The notes beneath the pieces were generated by a model. It searched no databases. It was given only the letters and a program-made list of their open reading frames with translations, and was not told the DNA's origin. From Escherichia coli (GTDB lineage: Bacteria; Pseudomonadota; Gammaproteobacteria; Enterobacterales; Enterobacteriaceae): 64,000 nt of DNA. The stretch is taken from the NCBI RefSeq assembly GCF_046105845.1, contig NZ_CP151004.1; one strand, written 5' to 3'. Both the position numbers and the translations under genes were made by a program. Shown here one piece after another: positions 33,328 to 44,240 of the stretch (positions are counted from its first letter, which is position 1; every line of letters starts with the position of its first letter).

Positions 33328-33352
33328 TCAGGGCGATGCAGGTGTGTCGCCC

Positions 33353-33901
33353 TCACCACTCCCAGACTTTCGACGGTGTAACCACCGCAGGAAGTGGGAT
33401 ATCCCACTCTTCAACGGGGAGTTTTTCCACCAACTGACAATCATGCGCATAACCCACCGGTTGCATTTTATAGTGCTGCCAGTTTTGTAAGGTTCGATCA
33501 TAAAAACCACCGCCCATTCCCAGGCGCTGACCGTACTCATCAAAGGCGACCAGCGGTGTGATCAACACGTCTAATCGGGAAAGGGGTAGCACGTCACGCA
33601 CATCCAGTTTTGGCTCATGGATCTTCAACCTGTTCATCACCAGTTCGCTTTGCGGATGGTAATTCAGGAACAGCAAATTACCGGCACTAAAGGGATGCAA
33701 AACTGGAAGATATACGCGCTTACCGGCGCGCCAGAGTTGTTCTATGAGTGGCTGGGTGTCGAGTTCGCCATCAAAAGAGAGGAATACAGCGACCGTATGC
33801 GCCATCACCACTGGGGGATAAGTCATCATCCGGGTAGCAGCTTGTTGACCCATTTCCTGCTGTTGTTCCGGCGTTAACGCACGACGACGTTGCCGAATCA
33901 T
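33353..33901 (-). CDS. ygfA: 5-formyltetrahydrofolate cyclo-ligase
   Basis: ORF 33353..34099 trimmed to MIRQRRRALTPEQQQ... at 33901 (182 aa). The ORF-track 248-aa version runs through ssrS; an alternative start MTQLPEL at 33955 cannot be excluded. Confidence 0.88.
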   Translation of the reverse strand: MIRQRRRALTPEQQQEMGQQAATRMMTYPPVVMAHTVAVFLSFDGELDTQPLIEQLWRAGKRVYLPVLHPFSAGNLLFLNYHPQSELVMNRLKIHEPKLDVRDVLPLSRLDVLITPLVAFDEYGQRLGMGGGFYDRTLQNWQHYKMQPVGYAHDCQLVEKLPVEEWDIPLPAVVTPSKVWEW

Positions 33902-33973
33902 TTTGCGGATTTCTTGTCGGGATAATGTCAGTGGGAGTTCTGGTAGTTGCGTCATGGCTGGTGCCAGATAAGA

Positions 33974-34159
33974 AGGGAATCTCCGAGATGCCGCCGCAGG
34001 CTGTAACCCTTGAACCCTTGGTTCAAGGTGAATGTGTCGTCGCAGTTTTAAGGCTTCTCGGACGGACCGAGCATGCTCACCAACCGCGGAGCGCCACATT
34101 CTTGTGGTATGAAATATCGGCTCAGGGGACTGGCCCGCTTGCGAACATCTCAGAGAAAT
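33974..34159 (-). ncRNA. ssrS: 6S RNA (RNA polymerase sigma70-holoenzyme regulator)
   Basis: Minus-strand sequence AUUUCUCUGAGAUGUUCGCAAGCGGGCCAGUCCCCUGAGCCGAUAUUUCAUACC...GGAGAUUCCCU matches the E. coli 6S RNA as I recall it; located between zapA and ygfA. Exact 3' end uncertain by a few nt. Confidence 0.93.
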
Positions 34160-34200
34160 TTTGTCTTCACGGTTACTCTACCACAGTAAACCGAAAAGTG

Positions 34201-34596
<396 letters not shown>

Positions 34597-34697
34597 CTAT
34601 AGCTACCCTGATGAGAAGAGACAAGCCCTTTTCTGGTCCACCAGGGCCCAAAGTGGTAGCATATCATGAATATTCCTCCCTTTGACGACGAATGCTT

Positions 34698-35276
34698 ATG
34701 TCTATACAGAACGAAATGCCTGGTTACAACGAAATGAACCAGTATCTGAACCAACAAGGGACGGGTCTGACCCCAGCTGAGATGCATGGTTTAATCAGCG
34801 GGATGATATGTGGCGGTAACGATGACAGCTCATGGCTGCCGCTACTTCACGACCTGACGAACGAAGGCATGGCTTTCGGTCATGAGCTGGCACAGGCACT
34901 GCGTAAAATGCACTCTGCCACCAGCGATGCCCTCCAGGATGACGGCTTCCTTTTTCAGCTTTATCTGCCTGATGGCGATGATGTCAGCGTTTTCGATCGG
35001 GCTGATGCGCTGGCAGGTTGGGTCAATCACTTCCTGCTTGGTCTTGGCGTTACGCAACCGAAGCTGGACAAAGTGACCGGCGAAACCGGTGAAGCCATCG
35101 ACGATCTGCGTAACATCGCGCAGTTGGGCTACGACGAAGACGAAGATCAGGAAGAGCTTGAAATGTCGCTTGAAGAGATCATCGAATACGTTCGTGTTGC
35201 CGCGCTGTTATGCCACGACACCTTTACTCATCCGCAACCGACCGCGCCAGAAGTACAAAAACCGACTCTACACTAA
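34698..35276 (+). CDS. ygfB: UPF0149-family protein YgfB
   Basis: ORF 34692..35276 ([20 protein letters not shown]...); start at 34698 or 34692. Confidence 0.9.
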
Positions 35277-35301
35277 AAACAAAAAACGTAAGGAGAGTGT
35301 T

Positions 35302-36627
35302 ATGAGTGAGATATCCCGGCAAGAGTTTCAGCGTCGCCGTCAGGCCCTGGTGGAGCAAATGCAACCCGGCAGCGCCGCGCTGATTTTTGCTGCACCAGAA
35401 GTAACACGTAGCGCCGACAGCGAATACCCCTATCGTCAGAACAGTGACTTCTGGTACTTCACCGGCTTTAACGAACCGGAAGCGGTGCTGGTGCTGATTA
35501 AAAGCGATGACACTCATAACCACAGCGTTTTGTTTAACCGCGTTCGCGACCTGACGGCAGAGATCTGGTTTGGTCGTCGCTTAGGCCAGGATGCCGCGCC
35601 AGAGAAACTGGGCGTTGACCGCGCACTGGCATTCAGCGAAATCAATCAGCAACTTTATCAACTGCTTAATGGTCTGGATGTGGTTTATCACGCTCAGGGC
35701 GAATATACCTATGCTGATGAAATCGTGAACAGCGCGCTGGAAAAGCTGCGTAAAGGCTCGCGACAGAATCTCACTGCCCCGGCTACGATGATCGACTGGC
35801 GTCCCATTGTTCATGAAATGCGCCTGTTCAAATCGCCGGAAGAGATTGCCGTACTTCGCCGCGCGGGAGAAATCACCGCCCTGGCGCATACCCGGGCGAT
35901 GGAAAAATGCCGTCCGGGAATGTTCGAGTACCATCTGGAAGGCGAAATTCACCACGAATTTAACCGCCACGGTGCGCGTTATCCGTCCTACAACACCATC
36001 GTCGGCAGCGGTGAAAACGGCTGCATTCTGCATTACACCGAAAACGAGTGTGAACTGCGTGACGGTGACCTGGTGTTGATTGATGCGGGTTGCGAATACA
36101 AAGGTTACGCTGGCGATATTACCCGCACCTTCCCGGTCAACGGCAAATTCACTCAGGCCCAGCGTGAAATCTACGACATTGTGCTGGAGTCTCTTGAAAC
36201 CAGCCTGCGCCTGTATCGTCCGGGAACTTCCATGCAGGAAGTCACTGGTGAAGTGGTGCGCATCATGGTTAGCGGCCTGGTAAAACTCGGCATCCTGAAA
36301 GGTGATGTTGATGAACTGATCGCTCAGAACGCCCATCGTCCTTTCTTTATGCATGGCCTTAGCCACTGGTTAGGACTGGATGTCCATGACGTTGGCGTTT
36401 ATGGTCAGGATCGCTCGCGCATTCTGGAACCTGGCATGGTACTGACCGTAGAGCCAGGTCTGTATATCGCGCCGGATGCAGATGTGCCAGAACAATATCG
36501 CGGTATCGGCATTCGTATTGAAGACGACATTGTGATTACCGAAACCGGCAACGAAAACCTCACCGCCAGCGTGGTGAAAAAGCCGGAAGAAATCGAAGCG
36601 TTGATGGCAGCTGCGAGAAAGCAATGA
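35302..36627 (+). CDS. pepP: Xaa-Pro aminopeptidase (aminopeptidase P II)
   Basis: ORF 35089..36627 trimmed to MSEISRQEFQRRRQALVEQMQPGSAALIFAAPE at 35302 with SD aaggagag; 441 aa. Confidence 0.96.
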   Translation: MSEISRQEFQRRRQALVEQMQPGSAALIFAAPEVTRSADSEYPYRQNSDFWYFTGFNEPEAVLVLIKSDDTHNHSVLFNRVRDLTAEIWFGRRLGQDAAPEKLGVDRALAFSEINQQLYQLLNGLDVVYHAQGEYTYADEIVNSALEKLRKGSRQNLTAPATMIDWRPIVHEMRLFKSPEEIAVLRRAGEITALAHTRAMEKCRPGMFEYHLEGEIHHEFNRHGARYPSYNTIVGSGENGCILHYTENECELRDGDLVLIDAGCEYKGYAGDITRTFPVNGKFTQAQREIYDIVLESLETSLRLYRPGTSMQEVTGEVVRIMVSGLVKLGILKGDVDELIAQNAHRPFFMHGLSHWLGLDVHDVGVYGQDRSRILEPGMVLTVEPGLYIAPDADVPEQYRGIGIRIEDDIVITETGNENLTASVVKKPEEIEALMAAARKQ

Positions 36628-37802
36628 GCGTAATCATCGTCGGTGGCGGCATGGCGGGCGCGACGCTGGCGCTGGCTATTTCCCGGTTAAGTCACGGGGC
36701 GCTGCCGGTACATTTGATTGAAGCGACAGCGCCAGAGTCACATGCTCATCCGGGCTTTGATGGACGAGCTATTGCGCTGGCGGCGGGCACTTGTCAGCAA
36801 CTGGCGCGCATCGGCGTCTGGCAATCTTTGGCTGATTGCGCAACCGCCATCACCAGCGTGCATGTCAGCGATCGTGGTCATGCCGGATTCGTCACTCTCA
36901 CCGCAGAAGATTACCAACTGGCGGCGCTGGGGCAGGTTGTCGAATTGCATAATGTCGGGCAACGGCTGTTTGCATTGCTGCGCAAAGCACCTGGCGTAAC
37001 GCTGCATTGCCCTGATCGCGTGGCTAACGTTGCCCGTACTCAGAGTCACGTTGAAGTGACGCTGGAGAGTGGCGAGACGCTGACGGGCTGCGTGCTGGTA
37101 GCCGCTGATGGCACCCATTCAGCGTTAGCCACTGTGTGCGGCGTTGACTGGCAGCAGGAGCCTTACGAACAACTGGCAGTGATTGCCAACGTTGCGACTT
37201 CCGTTGCGCATGAAGGGCGCGCTTTTGAACGCTTTACGCAACATGGCCCGCTGGCGATGTTGCCGATGTCTGACGGACGCTGTTCGCTGGTCTGGTGTCA
37301 TCCACTGGAACGGCGCGAAGAGGTGCTGTCGTGGAGCGACGAGAAGTTTTGCCGTGAACTCCAGTCGGCCTTTGGTTGGCGACTTGGGAAAATTACCCAC
37401 GCTGGTAAACGCAGTGCTTACCCGCTGGCGTTAACCCGCGCCGCCAGACCTGTTACCCATCGTACCGTGCTGGTGGGCAATGCGGCGCAAACTCTGCACC
37501 CGATTGCCGGGCAAGGATTTAATCTCGGTATGCGGGATGTCATGAGCCTTGCGGAAACCCTGACTCAGGCGCAGGAGCGCGGAGAAGACATAGGTGATTA
37601 CGGCGTATTGTGCCGTTATCAGCAGCGTCGACAGAGCGATCGCGAAGCAACCATCGGTGTCACGGACAGCCTTGTACATCTTTTTGCCAACCATTGGACG
37701 CCGCTGGTTGTCGGGCGCAACATCGGGCTGATGACGATGGAATTATTTACCCCGGCACGCGATGTGCTGGCGCAGCGCACCCTCGGTTGGGTGGCGCGTT
37801 GA
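36624..37802 (+). CDS. ubiH: 2-octaprenyl-6-methoxyphenol hydroxylase (FAD monooxygenase)
   Basis: 392-aa ORF MSVIIVGGGMAGATLALAI...; start overlaps the pepP stop. Confidence 0.95.
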   Translation: MSVIIVGGGMAGATLALAISRLSHGALPVHLIEATAPESHAHPGFDGRAIALAAGTCQQLARIGVWQSLADCATAITSVHVSDRGHAGFVTLTAEDYQLAALGQVVELHNVGQRLFALLRKAPGVTLHCPDRVANVARTQSHVEVTLESGETLTGCVLVAADGTHSALATVCGVDWQQEPYEQLAVIANVATSVAHEGRAFERFTQHGPLAMLPMSDGRCSLVWCHPLERREEVLSWSDEKFCRELQSAFGWRLGKITHAGKRSAYPLALTRAARPVTHRTVLVGNAAQTLHPIAGQGFNLGMRDVMSLAETLTQAQERGEDIGDYGVLCRYQQRRQSDREATIGVTDSLVHLFANHWTPLVVGRNIGLMTMELFTPARDVLAQRTLGWVAR

Positions 37803-37824
37803 AGGCGGTTTTAAGGAATAAACA

Positions 37825-39027
37825 ATGCAAAGTGTTGATGTAGCCATTGTTGGCGGCGGCATGGTGGGGCTGGCGGTTGCCTGTGGCTTACAGGGGAGCG
37901 GCTTACGCGTTGCCGTACTGGAGCAGCGCGTACCGGAACCTCTGGCGGCGAATGCACCACCACAACTGCGCGTTTCGGCTATCAATGCCGCCAGCGAAAA
38001 ATTACTCACCCGTCTTGGCGTCTGGCAGGACATTCTCTCTCGTAGGGCCAGCTGTTATCACGGTATGGAAGTGTGGGACAAAGACAGCTTTGGTCACATT
38101 TCGTTTGACGATCAAAGCATGGGCTATAGCCATCTTGGGCATATCGTTGAAAATTCAGTGATTCACTACGCGCTGTGGAACAAAGCGCATCAGTCGTCAG
38201 ATATCACTCTGTTAGCCCCCGCAGAATTACAGCAGGTCGCCTGGGGAGAAAATGAAACCTTCCTGACGCTGAAAGACGGCAGTATGTTAACGGCGCGTCT
38301 GGTGATTGGCGCGGACGGCGCTAATTCCTGGTTGCGCAACAAAGCCGATATTCCGCTGACCTTCTGGGATTATCAGCATCACGCGCTGGTAGCGACCATT
38401 CGCACTGAAGAACCGCATGATGCGGTGGCGCGGCAGGTTTTCCATGGCGAAGGCATTCTGGCCTTTTTACCGCTTAGCGATCCGCATCTTTGCTCGATTG
38501 TCTGGTCACTGTCGCCAGAGGAAGCGCAGCGGATGCAGCAGGCAGGTGAAGACGAATTTAATCGCGCGTTAAATATCGCTTTTGATAATCGCCTGGGCTT
38601 ATGCAAGGTTGAGAGCGAGCGTCAGGTGTTCCCGCTGACGGGGCGTTATGCCCGCCAGTTTGCCGCACACCGTCTGGCGTTGGTGGGCGACGCCGCGCAT
38701 ACTATTCACCCGCTCGCGGGGCAGGGCGTTAATCTCGGCTTTATGGATGCCGCAGAGCTGATTGCCGAACTGAAACGGTTGCATCGTCAGGGTAAAGACA
38801 TCGGGCAGTACATTTACCTGCGTCGCTATGAGCGTAGCCGTAAGCACAGTGCGGCGCTGATGCTGGCTGGTATGCAGGGATTTCGCGATCTGTTTTCCGG
38901 TACCAATCCGGCGAAAAAACTGCTGCGTGATATTGGTCTGAAACTGGCCGACACGCTTCCTGGCGTTAAACCACAACTTATCCGCCAGGCAATGGGATTA
39001 AACGATTTGCCTGAATGGCTGCGTTAA
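37825..39027 (+). CDS. ubiI: 2-octaprenylphenol hydroxylase (VisC/UbiI, FAD monooxygenase)
   Basis: 400-aa ORF MQSVDVAIVGGGMVGLAVACGLQGSGLRVAVLEQ... Confidence 0.95.
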   Translation: MQSVDVAIVGGGMVGLAVACGLQGSGLRVAVLEQRVPEPLAANAPPQLRVSAINAASEKLLTRLGVWQDILSRRASCYHGMEVWDKDSFGHISFDDQSMGYSHLGHIVENSVIHYALWNKAHQSSDITLLAPAELQQVAWGENETFLTLKDGSMLTARLVIGADGANSWLRNKADIPLTFWDYQHHALVATIRTEEPHDAVARQVFHGEGILAFLPLSDPHLCSIVWSLSPEEAQRMQQAGEDEFNRALNIAFDNRLGLCKVESERQVFPLTGRYARQFAAHRLALVGDAAHTIHPLAGQGVNLGFMDAAELIAELKRLHRQGKDIGQYIYLRRYERSRKHSAALMLAGMQGFRDLFSGTNPAKKLLRDIGLKLADTLPGVKPQLIRQAMGLNDLPEWLR

Positions 39028-39474
39028 AAATTTCTCATCTGTTGTTTATTTGATACCCATCACACTTTCATCTCCCGGTTTTTTCGCCGGGAGATTTTCC
39101 TCATTTGAAATAAACTAATTTCACCTCCGTTTTCGCATTATATTTTCTAATGTCATGATTTTTTGATTTAGTGTTTTTTGACAATTTTTTAGTTCTTAAT
39201 ATTGCATTAATCAAATTAACTTTCTCATCTGTTTATCTTTATATAGAGATTTGTTCATTTTTTGGTTTTTTATTCTGTTGTGATTTTGGCGTTTTTTAAC
39301 CATAAGCTAATGTGATGATCAATTTTACCTTATGGTTAACAGTCTGTTTCGGTGGTAAGTTCAGGCAAAAGAGAACGATTGCGTTGGGGACCGGGAGTGG
39401 CTCCGATGCTGGGTTTCGTGGTGATAATTTCGCCATGGAAAAGTTGTCAGCCCCGCTTATTCAATGAGGACAAG
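39028..39474. promoter_or_regulatory. Long AT-rich regulatory region upstream of the gcvTHP operon
   Basis: 447-bp non-coding stretch with multiple A/T tracts; the gcv operon is known to be controlled by GcvA/GcvR, Lrp, PurR and CRP. Individual sites not mapped here. Confidence 0.5.
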
Positions 39475-40569
39475 ATGGCACAACAGACTCCTTTGTACGA
39501 ACAACATACGCTTTGCGGCGCTCGCATGGTGGATTTCCACGGCTGGATGATGCCGCTGCATTACGGTTCGCAAATCGACGAACATCATGCGGTACGTACC
39601 GATGCCGGAATGTTTGATGTGTCACATATGACCATCGTCGATCTTCGCGGCAGCCGCACTCGGGAGTTTCTGCGTTATCTGCTGGCGAACGATGTGGCGA
39701 AACTCACCAAAAGCGGCAAAGCCCTTTACTCGGGGATGTTGAATGCCTCTGGCGGTGTGATAGATGACCTCATCGTCTACTACTTTACTGAAGATTTCTT
39801 CCGCCTCGTTGTTAACTCCGCCACCCGCGAAAAAGACCTCTCCTGGATTACCCAACACGCTGAACCTTTCGGCATCGAAATTACCGTTCGTGATGACCTT
39901 TCCATGATCGCCGTACAAGGGCCGAATGCGCAGGCAAAAGCTGCCACACTGTTTAATGACGCCCAGCGTCAGGCGGTGGAAGGGATGAAACCGTTCTTTG
40001 GCGTGCAGGCGGGCGATCTGTTTATTGCCACCACTGGTTATACCGGTGAAGCGGGCTATGAAATTGCGCTGCCCAATGAAAAAGCGGCCGATTTCTGGCG
40101 TGCGCTGGTGGAAGCGGGCGTTAAGCCATGCGGCCTGGGCGCGCGTGACACGCTGCGTCTGGAAGCGGGTATGAATCTTTATAGTCAGGAGATGGACGAA
40201 ACCATCTCTCCTTTAGCCGCCAATATGGGCTGGACTATCGCCTGGGAACCGGCAGATCGTGACTTCATCGGTCGTGAAGCCCTGGAAGTGCAGCGTGAGC
40301 ATGGCACAGAAAAACTGGTTGGTCTGGTGATGACCGAAAAAGGCGTGCTGCGTAATGAACTGCCGGTACGTTTTACCGATGCGCAGGGCAACCAGCATGA
40401 AGGCATTATCACCAGCGGGACTTTCTCCCCGACGCTGGGTTACAGCATTGCGCTGGCGCGCGTGCCGGAAGGTATTGGTGAAACAGCGATTGTGCAAATT
40501 CGCAACCGTGAAATGCCGGTTAAAGTGACGAAACCTGTTTTTGTGCGTAACGGTAAAGCCGTCGCGTGA
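39475..40569 (+). CDS. gcvT: Glycine cleavage system T protein (aminomethyltransferase)
   Basis: ORF 39352..40569 trimmed to [39 protein letters not shown] at 39475 with SD tgagga; 364 aa. Confidence 0.96.
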
Positions 40570-40592
40570 TTTACTTTTTTGGAGATTGATTG

Positions 40593-40982
40593 ATGAGCAA
40601 CGTACCAGCAGAACTCAAATACAGCAAAGAACACGAATGGCTGCGTAAAGAAGCCGACGGCACTTACACCGTTGGTATCACCGAACATGCCCAGGAGCTG
40701 TTAGGCGATATGGTGTTTGTTGACCTGCCGGAAGTGGGCGCAACGGTTAGCGCGGGCGATGACTGCGCGGTTGCCGAATCAGTAAAAGCGGCGTCAGACA
40801 TTTATGCGCCAGTAAGCGGTGAAATCGTGGCGGTAAACGACGCACTGAGCGATTCCCCGGAACTGGTGAACAGCGAACCGTATGCAGGCGGCTGGATCTT
40901 TAAAATCAAAGCCAGCGATGAAAGCGAACTGGAATCACTGCTGGATGCGACCGCATACGAAGCATTGTTAGAAGACGAGTAA
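40593..40982 (+). CDS. gcvH: Glycine cleavage system H protein (lipoyl carrier)
   Basis: 129-aa protein [34 protein letters not shown]... Confidence 0.96.
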
Positions 40983-40990
40983 CGGCTTTA

Positions 40991-41065
40991 TTCCTCTTCT
41001 GCGGGAGAGGATCAGGGTGAGGAACTTTTACGCCTCACCCTCACTCTCTTCGCAAGGAGAGAGGT
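40991..41065. repeat. GC-rich palindromic intergenic element between gcvH and gcvP
   Basis: cctcttctgcgggagagg...gggtgagg...cctcaccc...ctctcttcgcaaggagagagg; nested inverted repeats sharing motifs with the element at 44054-44156. Confidence 0.5.
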
Positions 41066-41100
41066 TCACAATTCACTGCACGTTTCAGGAACCATCGCTC

Positions 41101-43974
41101 ATGACACAGACGTTAAGCCAGCTTGAAAACAGCGGCGCTTTTATTGAACGCCATATCGGACCGGACGCCGCGCAACAGCAAGAAATGCTGAATGCCGTTG
41201 GCGCACAATCGTTAAACGCGCTGACCGGCCAGATTGTGCCGAAAGATATTCAGCTTGCGACCCCGCCGCAGGTTGGCGCACCGGCGACCGAATACGCCGC
41301 GCTGGCGGAACTCAAGGCTATTGCCAGTCGCAATAAACGCTTCACGTCTTACATCGGCATGGGTTACACCGCCGTGCAGCTACCGCCGGTTATTCTGCGT
41401 AACATGCTGGAAAATCCGGGCTGGTATACCGCGTATACTCCGTATCAACCTGAAGTCTCCCAGGGCCGCCTTGAAGCACTGCTCAACTTCCAGCAGGTAA
41501 CGTTGGATTTAACCGGGCTGGATATGGCCTCTGCTTCTCTTCTGGACGAAGCCACCGCTGCCGCCGAAGCAATGGCGATGGCTAAACGCGTCAGCAAACT
41601 GAAAAATGCCAACCGCTTCTTCGTGGCTTCCGATGTGCATCCGCAAACGCTGGATGTGGTCCGTACTCGTGCCGAAACCTTTGGTTTTGAAGTGATTGTC
41701 GATGACGCGCAAAAAGTGCTCGACCATCAGGACGTCTTCGGCGTGCTGTTTCAGCAGGTCGGCACTACCGGTGAAATTCATGACTACACTGCGCTTATCA
41801 GCGAACTGAAATCACGCAAAATTGTGGTCAGCGTCGCCGCCGATATTATGGCGCTGGTGCTGTTAACTGCGCCGGGTAAACAGGGCGCGGATATTGTCTT
41901 TGGTTCGGCGCAACGCTTTGGCGTACCGATGGGCTACGGTGGCCCACATGCGGCATTCTTTGCGGCGAAAGATGAATACAAACGCTCAATGCCGGGCCGT
42001 ATTATCGGTGTATCGAAAGATGCAGCTGGCAATACCGCTCTGCGCATGGCGATGCAGACTCGCGAGCAACATATTCGCCGTGAGAAAGCGAACTCCAACA
42101 TTTGTACTTCCCAGGTACTGCTGGCAAACATCGCCAGCCTGTATGCCGTTTATCACGGCCCGGTTGGCCTGAAACGTATCGCTAACCGCATCCACCGTCT
42201 GACCGATATCCTGGCGGCGGGCCTGCAACAAAAAGGTCTGAAGCTGCGTCATGCGCACTATTTCGACACCTTGTGTGTGGAAGTGGCCGACAAAGCGGGC
42301 GTACTGACGCGTGCCGAAGCGGCTGAAATCAACCTGCGTAGCGATATCCTGAACGCGGTTGGGATCACCCTTGATGAAACCACCACGCGTGAAAACGTGA
42401 TGCAGCTTTTCAGCGTGCTGCTGGGCGATAACCACGGGCTGGAGATCGACACGCTGGATAAAGACGTGGCTCACGACAGCCGCTCTATTCAGCCTGCGAT
42501 GCTGCGCGACGACGAAATCCTCACCCATCCGGTGTTTAATCGCTACCACAGCGAAACCGAAATGATGCGCTATATGCACTCGCTGGAGCGTAAAGATCTG
42601 GCGCTGAATCAGGCGATGATCCCGCTGGGTTCCTGCACCATGAAACTGAACGCCGCCGCCGAGATGATCCCAATCACCTGGCCGGAATTTGCTGAACTGC
42701 ACCCGTTCTGCCCGCCAGAACAGGCCGAAGGTTATCAGCAGATGATTGCGCAGCTGGCTGACTGGCTGGTGAAACTGACCGGTTACGACGCCGTTTGTAT
42801 GCAGCCGAACTCTGGCGCACAGGGCGAATACGCGGGCCTGCTGGCGATTCGTCATTATCATGAAAGCCGCAACGAAGGGCATCGTGATATCTGCCTGATC
42901 CCGGCATCTGCCCACGGCACTAACCCCGCTTCCGCGCATATGGCGGGGATGCAGGTGGTGGTTGTGGCGTGTGATAAAAACGGCAATATCGATTTGACTG
43001 ATCTGCGCGCGAAAGCGGAACAGGCGGGCGATAACCTCTCCTGTATCATGGTGACCTATCCTTCCACCCACGGCGTGTATGAAGAAACGATCCGTGAGGT
43101 GTGTGAAGTCGTGCATCAGTTCGGTGGTCAGGTTTACCTTGATGGCGCGAACATGAACGCTCAGGTTGGCATCACCTCGCCGGGCTTTATTGGTGCGGAC
43201 GTCTCGCACCTTAACCTGCATAAAACTTTCTGCATTCCGCACGGTGGTGGTGGTCCGGGTATGGGACCGATCGGCGTGAAAGCGCATCTGGCACCGTTTG
43301 TACCGGGTCATAGCGTGGTGCAAATCGAAGGCATGTTAACCCGTCAGGGCGCGGTTTCTGCGGCACCGTTCGGTAGCGCATCTATTCTGCCAATCAGCTG
43401 GATGTACATCCGCATGATGGGCGCAGAAGGGCTGAAAAAAGCAAGCCAGGTGGCAATTCTTAACGCCAACTATATTGCCAGCCGCCTGCAGGATGCTTTC
43501 CCGGTGCTGTATACCGGTCGCGACGGTCGCGTGGCGCACGAATGTATTCTTGATATTCGTCCGCTGAAAGAAGAAACCGGCATCAGCGAACTGGATATTG
43601 CCAAGCGTCTGATCGACTACGGTTTCCACGCGCCGACCATGTCATTCCCGGTGGCGGGTACGCTGATGGTTGAACCGACCGAATCCGAAAGCAAAGTGGA
43701 ACTGGATCGCTTTATCGACGCGATGCTGGCTATCCGCGCAGAAATTGACCAGGTGAAAGCCGGTGTCTGGCCGCTGGAAGATAACCCGCTGGTGAACGCG
43801 CCACACATTCAGAGCGAACTGGTCGCCGAGTGGGCGCATCCGTACAGCCGCGAAGTTGCAGTATTCCCGGCAGGCGTGGCAGACAAATACTGGCCAACAG
43901 TGAAACGTCTGGATGATGTTTACGGCGACCGTAACCTGTTCTGCTCCTGCGTACCGATTAGCGAATACCAGTAA
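41101..43974 (+). CDS. gcvP: Glycine dehydrogenase (decarboxylating), glycine cleavage system P protein
   Basis: ORF 41017..43974 trimmed to [22 protein letters not shown] at 41101; 957 aa. Confidence 0.97.
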   Translation: MTQTLSQLENSGAFIERHIGPDAAQQQEMLNAVGAQSLNALTGQIVPKDIQLATPPQVGAPATEYAALAELKAIASRNKRFTSYIGMGYTAVQLPPVILRNMLENPGWYTAYTPYQPEVSQGRLEALLNFQQVTLDLTGLDMASASLLDEATAAAEAMAMAKRVSKLKNANRFFVASDVHPQTLDVVRTRAETFGFEVIVDDAQKVLDHQDVFGVLFQQVGTTGEIHDYTALISELKSRKIVVSVAADIMALVLLTAPGKQGADIVFGSAQRFGVPMGYGGPHAAFFAAKDEYKRSMPGRIIGVSKDAAGNTALRMAMQTREQHIRREKANSNICTSQVLLANIASLYAVYHGPVGLKRIANRIHRLTDILAAGLQQKGLKLRHAHYFDTLCVEVADKAGVLTRAEAAEINLRSDILNAVGITLDETTTRENVMQLFSVLLGDNHGLEIDTLDKDVAHDSRSIQPAMLRDDEILTHPVFNRYHSETEMMRYMHSLERKDLALNQAMIPLGSCTMKLNAAAEMIPITWPEFAELHPFCPPEQAEGYQQMIAQLADWLVKLTGYDAVCMQPNSGAQGEYAGLLAIRHYHESRNEGHRDICLIPASAHGTNPASAHMAGMQVVVVACDKNGNIDLTDLRAKAEQAGDNLSCIMVTYPSTHGVYEETIREVCEVVHQFGGQVYLDGANMNAQVGITSPGFIGADVSHLNLHKTFCIPHGGGGPGMGPIGVKAHLAPFVPGHSVVQIEGMLTRQGAVSAAPFGSASILPISWMYIRMMGAEGLKKASQVAILNANYIASRLQDAFPVLYTGRDGRVAHECILDIRPLKEETGISELDIAKRLIDYGFHAPTMSFPVAGTLMVEPTESESKVELDRFIDAMLAIRAEIDQVKAGVWPLEDNPLVNAPHIQSELVAEWAHPYSREVAVFPAGVADKYWPTVKRLDDVYGDRNLFCSCVPISEYQ

Positions 43975-43996
43975 TTTACTGATTCGACTATCTTCT

Positions 43997-44018
43997 AAAG
44001 GCGCTTCGGCGCCTTTTT
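43997..44018 (+). terminator. Intrinsic terminator of gcvP
   Basis: aaaggcgc ttcg gcgccttttt: perfect 8-bp GC stem, tetraloop, T-run. Confidence 0.88.
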
Positions 44019-44053
44019 AGTCAGATGACAAAGTACAAAAGTGCTCAGACAGT

Positions 44054-44156
44054 CCCCTCGCCCCTTTGGGGAGAGGGTTAGGGTGAGGGGAACAGGCCGG
44101 CACTGGCGCGAATATTTACCCTCACCCCGGCCCTCTCCCTGAAAGGGCGAGGGGGA
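44054..44156. repeat. GC-rich imperfect palindromic repeat element (boxC-like; family assignment uncertain)
   Basis: cccctcgcccctttggggagagggttagggtgagggg ... ccctcaccccggccctctccctgaaagggcgaggggg: the two halves are near reverse complements around a ~28-nt centre. Confidence 0.6.
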
Positions 44157-44240
44157 AAAGCGTGCCAACATTGAAGATTGAGCCAGTTTGTTAGCAATCT
44201 AAAAGATACGTCAACGAATTAATTTTTCCAGGAAAAACAA

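Noticed and set aside
33902-34099. N-terminal 66 codons of the 248-aa ygfA ORF
   Set aside because: This segment coincides with the 6S RNA gene (ssrS) on the same strand; the conserved protein begins downstream.
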